DNA from: Eledone cirrhosa
Lineage: Eukaryota
NCBI GenBank assembly: GCA_964016885.1
Contig: OZ024757.1
Location: 1-64,000, forward strand
Length of the DNA stretch: 64,000 nucleotides
Reading direction: 5' to 3'
Each line of letters starts with the position of its first letter. The stretch's first letter is position 1. The translations under genes were made by a program, and so were the position numbers. The notes beneath the pieces were generated by a model. That model worked only from the letters and a program-made list of their open reading frames with translations. It was not told the origin of the DNA and made no database searches. Below are positions 1 through 9,899 of this stretch, piece after piece.

Positions 1-110
1 ATATATATATTATAGATATATATATAATATATATATATATATAATATATATATATATATAATATATATATATATATAATATATATATATATATAATATAT
101 ATATATATAT

Positions 111-177
<67 letters not shown>

Positions 178-399
178 ATATTATATATATATATATAATA
201 TATATATATATATATAATATATATATATATAATATATATATAATATATATATATTATATATATATATATTATATATATATATAATATATATATATATAAT
301 ATATATATAATATATATATATATAATATATATATATTATATATATATTATATATATATATATTATATATATATATATATTATATATATATATATAATAT

Positions 400-466
<67 letters not shown>

Positions 467-572
467 ATATATATATATATATTATATATATATATATATT
501 ATATATATATATATATTATATATATATATATATTATATATATATATATATTATATATATATCTATAATATAT

Positions 573-614
<42 letters not shown>

Positions 615-678
615 ATATATTATATATATATATATATTATATATATATATATATAATATATATATATATATAATATAT

Positions 679-726
<48 letters not shown>

Positions 727-752
727 TATATATATATATATATTATATATAT

Positions 753-828
<76 letters not shown>

Positions 829-955
829 TATATATATAATATATATATATATATATTATATATATATATATATTATATATATATATATATTATATATATA
901 TATATAATATATATATATAATATATATATATATATAATATATATATATAATATAT

Positions 956-1007
<52 letters not shown>

Positions 1008-1033
1008 TATATATATATATATATTATATATAT

Positions 1034-1128
<95 letters not shown>

Positions 1129-1148
1129 ATATATATTATATATATATA

Positions 1149-1197
<49 letters not shown>

Positions 1198-1199
1198 AT

Positions 1200-1231
<32 letters not shown>

Positions 1232-1239
1232 TATATATA

Positions 1240-1286
<47 letters not shown>

Positions 1287-1329
1287 TATATATATATATA
1301 TTATATATATATATACATATATATATATA
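1..1329. repeat. Long imperfect (TA)n microsatellite
   Basis: About 1.3 kb of almost pure TA dinucleotides with TTA/TAA interruptions. Confidence 0.98.
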
Positions 1330-1487
1330 GATTTTAATCTGCTCCTAGTTTGAGCTGCAAAGCCGCCTCATATACACGACTGTTATTTCTAGCAGTACGG
1401 TCATGAGACTAGTTAGATACTGTAAAGCCATGTGCGCCACGCAGTCTTTTAAATTATTTAGAAGTGAAGCATATCAATTTGTCCCTG

Positions 1488-1615
1488 GATGTTTACTGAG
1501 GAGGGCGGGACATGATATTCCTTCACTTATTTAACTCGAAACATATTTGGATCTTAAAGTCTAAACTTATCTACGGAACAGGTTTGATTTTGAAATTTAA
1601 ATGTGTCTAAACATC
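1488..1615 (+). ncRNA. Type I hammerhead ribozyme motif with very long helix III
   Basis: GATGTTTA(1488-95), CTGAGGA(1496-1502), GGG...CTC, GAAA(1538-41), CATATTT...AAATGTG, TC(1606-07), TAAACATC(1608-15). Helix I is a perfect 8 bp and the cleavage triplet is GUC. Confidence 0.75.
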
Positions 1616-1914
1616 ACAGCCTTTTGCCAATACACTTCGTCTCCGTTGATTTATTATTTTAAATCGATATGGACAAACTGTAGTATTATAATTAGTATAC
1701 TTCAATCTGGCTAAATTTTTCTTTCGCAATATATATACAGATGTGTTGGTATCTGTGTTTCATCACATACATATTAACTTATACACTGCTCAGGGGATAT
1801 ATTTTTCCTCATTCGAGCTGATTCCATTGTAAAAGAATTCATTACCTTATTAATTTTAAATATATATATATATTATATATAAATATATATATAATATATA
1901 TATATAATATATAA

Positions 1915-2135
1915 AATAAAGTTAAATAAAAGTCAAATGATTAAAATTTACCTTCGTTTATTACTGCTATATATATTTCAGTGACAGCCATCTTTGGCTG
2001 TGACCTCTTCAGGCAGTTTGAATTAGTATGGTATAGACAAGTACATATGTTGTTTAGGTGTATAATATTGTCAATACTCTGATATGCCCAGTTCCTTGTT
2101 GGGTTGTTAATTCACTGAGGAACTGGAGTCATATA
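1915..2135 (-). mobile_element. Solo/truncated PLE-type pseudo-LTR fragment in (TA)n, same family as 9165-9370
   Basis: Reverse complement matches 9165-9370 (CCAGTTCC..GGAACTGGGCATATCAGAGTATTGACAA..CTGCCTGAAGAGGTCACAG..GCAGTAATAAACGAAG); flanked by TA repeats. Confidence 0.7.
1963..2017 (-). ncRNA. Minimal type I hammerhead ribozyme
   Basis: Minus strand reads ACTGC, CTGAAGA, GGTcACAGCCA-aaga-TGGCTGTcACT, GAAA, TATATA, TA, GCAGT; helix III is palindromic. Confidence 0.8.
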
Positions 2136-2220
2136 ATATATAAATATATATATAATATATAAATATATATATAATATATATATATAATATATAAATATAT
2201 ATATATAATATATATATATA

Positions 2221-3363
2221 TATTGGTAAACGGAATAGAAAATGCTGACAAATTGTTCACAGTTGAAAAATGGTTTAATTAGGAATAAAAGAGTATTAGT
2301 AATTGTATGGGTTAGTATTCAGTTGTGGTTTTAAGTTTTTAAGTTTTTACCGGTTGCGCATTTCTAAATGCTTTTCAAAAATAATTTTGAGATAGAGTGT
2401 CCGTGTTGTTTGCTCTGATCTGATTAGTTTTGGGAATTCTACCTGTTTTTATGTTAAAAAAAGTGGCTCCAGCGCTACTTTGGTGTTGCCAAAATTATTG
2501 TGGTCAAAACAATTTTGATTGGTCGGTAGAGGTCATGTGAATGTAAAAAATTGATTTTGCGCCATGACTGGAATTCAACGTGCCCTAAAACTAAGTACCC
2601 AGGACCTTAGACACCCTAAAGTAAATCAACCGAAACTAAAAGCTCTTCCATACATCTCCACACACAACCCCCTCAACAATGAGGCCTTTGACACCATCCT
2701 CCAGAACATCCCTGTGTTGAAAAAGGACCATAGAATGAACCAAATCCTACGAACACACGATATCATAAAGAGCAAAAGACAATCCAAGTCAATGAAAAAC
2801 ATCCTAACACATGCCAAAGTACTGCCAACCACAACAACGAAACCCACAGTAAAAAAAATGCGATAGACCCAACTGTGGCATTTGCATCAACCTAATAGAG
2901 GGTTCGGAATTCTATTTCAAAGAATGACAACGTTTTATAGTAAAACACAATTTCACATGTGCATCGGAAAATCTAATATATGTATTAACTTGCTTAGGTT
3001 GTCGAGAACAATACATAGGCCAGACCAAAAACAGCCTCCGCCAACGCGTGACTGTCCATAGATCCCAAATTAAAATACGGGAATACAGGAAAATACCACT
3101 GAGTGAACACATTGATACCTGTGCCGCCCAAAATCATCCCAACTTCAGAATCTTTCCCCTCTACAAATTTAAAGATAATGCCACCCACACCCAGCGCATC
3201 AGCAAGGAATCTTACTTCATTAACAAATACGGACCCCGTCTAAACACTTCTCCCTAAGACGAACCCACAACATACACACGTCAACATACATACCTACATC
3301 AGCACACATCTCTACCCACATATAATCACAATGACACACATGCTCTATGGTGCAACACAAAAA

Positions 3364-3413
<50 letters not shown>

Positions 3414-3574
3414 ATATATGTATGTGTATATATATATAGTGAATATCATTTCACACCTTTTATTGTTAAGATTTTTCATGTTCTATTAAGAGAACCGATT
3501 TTACTGAAAAAATCGAATAATGTACACCATTTTACCAGGGGGGGAAAAATACTGGCCCCCCCCACACACATTCT

Positions 3575-3620
<46 letters not shown>

Positions 3621-4376
3621 TTAACATACAAAGAGACTTATACACACACACACACACACGCACTTCTCCGTATAAGACAAAAGCTGAAAAATATCTTTTG
3701 ACATGCTAAAATACCCCCCATTGCTTACAGACACATTCTTACTGACCATCCCTGCTACCACGAATTACTCTGCTATACACACACACACACACTTATCTTA
3801 ATAGCCATTTGACACACATCCCTGCTAACCATTATCACAACATCGAACACCTTACTACTACTACTACACACACACACACACATTTGTTGTGAAAGAGTCA
3901 TTTCTCAATCTTGGCGCAAAACCAATTTTTTATTCACATGACCTCTACCGACCAATCAAAATTGTTTTGACCACAAACATTTTTGCAAACACCAAGTAGC
4001 GCTGGAGCCACTTTTTTAACATAAAAACAGTCTTGGCGCAAAATCAATTTTTTATATTCACATGACCTCTACCGACCAATCAAAATTGTTTTGACCACAA
4101 TAATTTTGGCAACACCAAAGTAGCGCTGGAGCCACTTTTTTAACATAAAAACAGGTAGAATTCTCAAAACTAATCAGATCAGAGCAAACAACACGGACAC
4201 TCTATCTCAAAATTATTTTTGAAAAGCATTTAGAAATGCGCAACCGGTAAAAACTTAAAAACTTAAAACCACAACTGAATACTAACCCATACAATTACTA
4301 ATACTCTTTTATTCCTAATTAAACCATTTTTCAACTGTGAACAATTTGTCAGCATTTTCTATTCCGTTTACCAATA
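2221..4376 (+). mobile_element. 5'-truncated Penelope-like element (Neptune-like) with inverted terminal segment, inserted in (TA)n
   Basis: 2221-2562 is the reverse complement of ~4032-4376; 3910-4030 duplicates 4031-4150 in tandem; internal GIY-YIG coding remnant; TA repeats on both flanks. Confidence 0.85.
2564..3257 (+). pseudogene. PLE ORF C-terminus: RT thumb, Cys-rich linker and GIY-YIG endonuclease (frameshift and stop)
   Basis: LPYISTHNP..; frameshift at poly-A ~2850; CDRPNCGIC..FTCASENLIYVLTCLGCREQYIGQT..LRQRVTVH..EH..ESYFINKYGPRLN; in-frame TGA at ~2925. Confidence 0.85.
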
Positions 4377-4409
4377 TATAATAACTTGTGTGTTACACCT
4401 CTATTCTTT

Positions 4410-4476
<67 letters not shown>

Positions 4477-4594
4477 TAATATATATATATATATAATATA
4501 TAACGAAGGAAATGTGGTAAGGAACCAGGTGGACCATAACGCACCAAAGTACTCAATACTTGGGGTAGTAGAGTGGGTAATAGGAACCAGTAAG

Positions 4595-4688
4595 ACCCCG
4601 ACGGCTGAGCTCAAGGCGTTTCGACGGCTAATTCTGGACTAAATGAAAATTTATCCTGGTATTTAAATAGCCGATCTTCTCAAGGGGT
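4595..4688 (-). ncRNA. U3-A8 variant hammerhead ribozyme (inverted-arm copy)
   Basis: Minus strand reads ACCCC, TTGAGAA, GAtCGGCTA..TAGCCGTC, GAAA, CGCC-TTGAGCTCA-GCCG, TC, GGGGT; one helix III mismatch. Confidence 0.75.
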
Positions 4689-6034
4689 AATTCCATATAT
4701 GGTCAAAGTGATTGTCAAAAGTCAGTAGTAATTCTGTGATTGCAAATTAGTTCGGGGAGATGGTGGCTAAACCTGCCAGTAGGAGAAATAGGGGAGGGGG
4801 TGGAGTAGACCCAATCAAGCGTTGGTAGTGCCAGCTACAGCTGGGCATGAGGTCAAAGAAGATACTGGGGAGGAGAAGGGGGAGGAAGTCGGAACGGTAG
4901 GTAGAACAATGAGGGGTAAAAATATATATGAAAGAAAAAATACTGAGAGTGAAGAAAAGCGAATAAGTGTAAAGAAAAAAGTAAAGCAAGTTCTACGACC
5001 TATGTCTCTAGCTATTGTTAGGCTAGATAAATAAATAAATACATAAAGAAAGAAGTAAAGAAATAAATAAAGAAATAACGAAATAAGTAAATGAACTAGG
5101 TGGGACGGAATAGGCAAGGACCCTTTTAAGAGGTATAAGTACGTAAATCATACGGTGACGGGTCAACAAATGGGGCCAAAATACTAAAGAGACTACCACG
5201 AAATAAATAATAAAGGTTTCTATCCCGGGCACAATGCCAGCAACCACCCAGTGCAGCAAAGTAAACTAGTACGAGATAATAATTCTGAGTCCCGAAAAAA
5301 ATATATACTAATGCTAACTCTAAAAGATCTTAAACAAGCTACATGAAGGTTCGTACGAAGTAAAGGTAGAATACGGAAAAATAAATTCAGAATCCACCCC
5401 GCCCAAAAGAAAAGCGAAGAAAGAAATACTGAAACGAGAAAATAAGGCATAAGTGCCACTAAGAAATATAGAAGGCACGGAAAATAGTGGGAGCGGTCGG
5501 AAAAAGGGGGCAAGTATCCGGGGTCTAAACCCACTGCTATAAAAAGCGGAGTCCGTCAAATCTATCATAGATTAGGGGAGGGGGTGGGGGTACTAAGGCT
5601 ACAAGGGGCTAAAGGGCAGCCTCGGGTGGGCGAGAAAAGACGCCGACAAAGAAGAAGAGCTGGCGTAGAAGGACTAAAGAGGGATGGGGGTAAGGAAATA
5701 AAGGAAGCGATAAAAGAATAAAAAGAAGATCTTACGTCTCCCTTGGCAAGCAGGGGTTACCCATTGCAAAATCGGCAAGTGGGGTGTTATGGCCCTAGTC
5801 TATGGCCCCGGGTCATTATGGGGTTTGAGGGCGAGGTAAGTCCTACGCAATCTATGTTTACATGCAGTAACCAGTTCATCTTTCTTGTTTAGGAGTTGGT
5901 CCGTCGAAAACAGCATTTGTAAAGTTTCCTCCGAGCATAAATTGCACAGACGGCGTCCTCCCGTGTAAGAATTGGTAAGAGAGTTTGATGGTATTTTTGT
6001 TAATTCTGTTGTGGTAGCGGTGTTGTAGTGGGAA

Positions 6035-6896
6035 GTGTTTTTCAATGAGATATCCCGTTTGTCAGCTAATGAGCGGATATTCGATGAACATGCGCCTTAT
6101 TACAACCAGGCCCTCAAGCGGAGCGGTTTCCGGGAGGAAATATCCTACTGTCCAGCTCCCATTAGCGGAACCAGCAGGAGACACCGCCGCTCACGCAATG
6201 TAACATGGTTCAATCCTCCCCACAACGCAGAGGTGACAACTCCCATCGGGAAACTATTCTTTAGGCTCATTGAAAAACACTTCCCACTACAACACCGCTA
6301 CCACAACATAATTAACAAAAATACCATCAAACTCTCTTACAGCACTACACCAAACTTCGCACAAAACATCGTCTCCTCTAACAACAAAAAACTCAACCCC
6401 GATGGCAGAAATAACCTAAATAGCAGTGGAGAACCGACCAGGAGATGTAACTGTCCGGATAGATCCATTTGCCCACTCGACAATAGATGCAGAGACCGTA
6501 ATGTGATCTACCAGTGCAACGTGAGGACGGATACCTCCAACAAAGCCTATATAGGACTTACTGCATGTGACTTCAAGACCCGGCTATACCAACATAGACA
6601 TACCTTCGGAAACCCGCCGGCGTCACGCCACTACACTTTCGGGCCACATATGGGACCTCAAGGACAACAACATCACCTATGATCTCACTTGGAGATTACT
6701 GTCCAGAGCCAATTCTTACACGGGAGGACGCCGTCCGTGCAATTTATGCTCGGAGGAAACTTTACAAATGCTGTTTTCGACGGACCAACTCCTAAACAAG
6801 AAAGATGAACTGGTTACTGCATGTAAACATAGATTGCGTAGGACTTACCTCGCCCTCAAACCCCATAATGACCCGAGGGGTAGACTAGGGCCATAA
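6035..6896 (+). pseudogene. PLE RT-thumb and GIY-YIG endonuclease, 5'-truncated, one frameshift near 6610
   Basis: WFNPP..IKLSYS..CNCPDRSICPLDNRC..VIYQCNV..AYIGLT..FKTRLYQH; second frame TTLSGHIWDLK..CNLCSEE..LNKKDELVTACKH. Confidence 0.88.
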
Positions 6897-7983
6897 CACC
6901 TCACTTGCCGATTTTCCAATGGGTAACCCCTGCTTGCCAAGGGAGACGTAAGATCTTCTTTTTATTCTTTTATCGCTTCCTTTATTTCCTCCCCCCATCC
7001 CTCTTTAGTCCTTCTACCCCAGCTCTTCTTCTTTGTCGGCGTCTTTTCTCGCCCACCCGAGGCTGCCCTTTGGCCCCTTGTAGCCTTAGTACCCCCACCC
7101 CTCCCCTAGTCTATGATAGATTTGGCGGACTCCGCTTTTTATAGCAGTGGGTTTAGACCCCGGATACTTGCCCCCTTTTTCCGACCGCTCCCACTATTTT
7201 CCGTGCCTTCTATATTTCTTAGTGGCACTTATGCCTTATTTTCTCGTTTCAGTATTTCTTTCTTCGCTTTTCTTTTGGGCGGGGTGGATTCTGAATTTAT
7301 TTTTCCGTATTCTACCTTTACTTCGTACGAACCGTCATGTAGCTTGTTTAAGATCTTTTAGAGTTAGCATTAGTATATATATTTTTCGGGACTCAGAATT
7401 ATTATCTCGTACTAGTTTACTTTGCTGCACTGGGTGGTTGCTGGCATTGTGCCCGGGATAGAAACCTTTATTATTTATTTCGTGGTAGTCTCTTTAGTAT
7501 TTTGGCCCCATTTGTTGACCCGTCACCGTATGATTTACGTACTTATACCTCTTAAAAGGGTCCTTGCCTATTCCGTCCCACCTAGTTCATTTACTTATGT
7601 CGTTATTTCTTTCTTTACTTCTTTCTTTCTTTATTTATTTATTTATCTAGCCTAACAATAGCTAGAGACATAGGTCGAAGAACTTACTTTACTTTTTTCT
7701 TTACACTTATTCGCTTTTCTTCACTCTCAGTATTTTTTCTTTCATATATATTTTTACCCCTCATTGTTCTACCTACCGTTCCTCCTTCCTCCCCCTTCTC
7801 CTCCCCAGTATCTTCTTTGACCTCATGCCCAGCTGTAGCTGGCACTACCAACGCTTGATTGGGTCTACTCCACCCCCTCCCCTCTTTCTCCTACTGGCAG
7901 GTTTAGCCACCATCTCCCCTACTAATTTGCAATCACAGAATTACTACTGACTTTTGACAATCACTTTGACCATATATGGAATT

Positions 7984-8077
7984 ACCCCTTGAGAAGATCG
8001 GCTATTTAAATACCAAGATAAATTTTCATTTAGTCCAGAATTAGCCGTCGAAACGGCTTGAGCTCAGCCGTCGGGGT
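7984..8077 (+). ncRNA. U3-A8 variant type I hammerhead ribozyme with extended helix II
   Basis: ACCCC(7984-88), TTGAGAA(7989-95), GAtCGGCTA..TAGCCGTC, GAAA(8050-53), CGGCT-tgagctc-AGCCG, TC(8071-72), GGGGT(8073-77). Confidence 0.8.
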
Positions 8078-8089
8078 CTTACTGGTTCC

Positions 8090-8090
<1 letters not shown>

Positions 8091-8133
<43 letters not shown>

Positions 8134-8139
8134 TATAAT

Positions 8140-8183
<44 letters not shown>

Positions 8184-8224
8184 AATATATATATATATAT
8201 AATATATATATAATATATAATATA

Positions 8225-8262
<38 letters not shown>
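8091..8262. repeat. (TA)n microsatellite
   Basis: TA dinucleotide run directly after the PLE end. Confidence 0.95.
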
Positions 8263-8263
<1 letters not shown>

Positions 8264-8724
8264 ATAAATAATAACGGCTGTTACTTAAATATAAGTATGT
8301 ATATGTACATACATATATGTATACAGACGTACAGTAGTATGTGTATATATATAAATACATGCACACATATATATATGTACGTATGGATTCACCGAACATT
8401 TATTATAATGCTCGGTGTGTTTGTAAACAAACATCCCGAATTAACCCGTACAGTGTCTAGCAACCATTGTTGCTCATTTGTTCAACACTGACAAAGGAAC
8501 GCTGTACTAGTTTCAAGCTTATTAGCTATCGTCAGCAACGTATACCTTCCTGCCAGATGATTGAACGTCTGAAAGTAGATACTTTCCTTATGCATATTAA
8601 CGGCTGAGCAGCCTAATTTGCATATTGCGTGAGTTAATCGGCCGGGCGCACCGAAAATGATAAACGGAAAAAATGAAACGAAATTTCATTTCTCACTCTT
8701 AGTACGGCTGTTACTTAAATAAGG

Positions 8725-9370
8725 GTAGAGGTCAGATGTACTTAACAATAACAAACACAAACATTACAGGAAGCCTCACCCCAGAAAGAATTTCTATAGA
8801 CTTTGGACTGAGGAATGCTCTCAAAACTGACCAATGAAAAGTTTGACCTTACAAATCTTTATAACATTGATATGGGTATAACACACACACACACATTTTA
8901 TTCAATTATTTTATTTTATTTTGTTCCTTTACCATCTTATTCCTTCTACCACTTTATCACTTTTTTTTTAGCTGACTCCAGCAACAACACCACTACCAAC
9001 ATAAGAATAGAGGTCAGATGTACCTAACAATAACAAGAACAACAACTACAGATTGGCTTGCCTCAGAACGAATTTCTATAGACTTTTGACTGAGGAATGT
9101 TCTAACAACTGACCAATGAGAGGAGAAGAGGTCCTTTGACGCTGAAATTCGTTTGTTTAAATTCATATGATTCCAGTTCCCCAGTGAAATAACAACCCAA
9201 CCAGGAACTGGGCATATCAGAGTATTGACAAAGTTATACACCTCAACAACATGTGTACTCGTCTCTACCACACTAATTTGGACTGCCTGAAGAGGTCACA
9301 GTCAAAGATGGCTGTCACCGAAATATATATAGCAGTAATAAACGAAGCCAAATTTTAAACATTTGACTTA
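8725..9370 (+). mobile_element. PLE-type 3' UTR/pseudo-LTR remnant with internal duplication and hammerhead
   Basis: 8725-8850 and 9008-9140 are diverged direct repeats (AGAGGTCAGATGTAC..GAATTTCTATAGACTT..CTGACCAATGA); 9165-9370 is homologous to 1915-2135. Confidence 0.6.
9282..9336 (+). ncRNA. Minimal type I hammerhead ribozyme
   Basis: ACTGC, CTGAAGA(9287-93), GGTcACAGTCA-aaga-TGGCTGTcACC, GAAA(9320-23), TATATA, TA, GCAGT. Confidence 0.85.
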
Positions 9371-9723
9371 TTGCCCTATATTTACACCCCCCCCACACGC
9401 TTACACCTCCACTTATTCTCTCTCACACATACACACACAAAACCAGTTCTAACACCAGATAACACCTATCCCCCACATTTACGAATAGACTTATCTTCTC
9501 ACACTCACACACACACTAACATACACCTTCATGCATTCTCCCACACACTTAAACAGGCATGTATATAAAAAACCAAAAAACCCCCAAAACAAACCCCTTT
9601 TAAAGGGAGACTACTCTTTATCCACCTAATTTTAACTCTTTGACATTAGAGATAGAACAGATACTCTATACCATTTCCTGTCAGCATGACTTGGCAAGCT
9701 ATTTAGAACGCTGGTTTGAGACC

Positions 9724-9779
9724 TTTATTTCCCTCTGAAGAAGAGATATTATCTCGAAAATTAAGGACATTTAAATAAA
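9724..9779 (+). ncRNA. Minimal hammerhead ribozyme in 5' pseudo-LTR
   Basis: TTTATTTcCCT, CTGAAGA(9735-41), extra A, GAGAT-att-ATCTC, GAAA, AT, TA, AGG-acattt-AAATAAA; palindromic AATT helix III. Confidence 0.75.
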
Positions 9780-9899
9780 TCTAAGGTAAAAGACTAATTG
9801 TCAACAATATCTTTTGCATTTGCATTCTTTATTCTATGTCCATACCTGCATTGTTTTGTCTTTATTATACATATTCAAACGTTTATACCTCATTACACA

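Larger units (their letters stand above)
4500..8090 (+). mobile_element. 5'-truncated Penelope-like element (resembles Hydra clade) with ~1.4-kb inverted arm, inserted in (TA)n
   Basis: 4582-5973 is the near-identical reverse complement of ~6710-8090; 5973-6048 is the reverse complement of ~6267-6340; both ends abut (TA)n. Confidence 0.9.

Noticed and set aside
4388-5568. Hydrophobic or IY-repeat ORFs, also at 6905-7655, 17316-18648, 33298-33705 and 38013-38814
   Set aside because: Translations of microsatellites and pyrimidine-rich PLE UTRs, with no protein family signal
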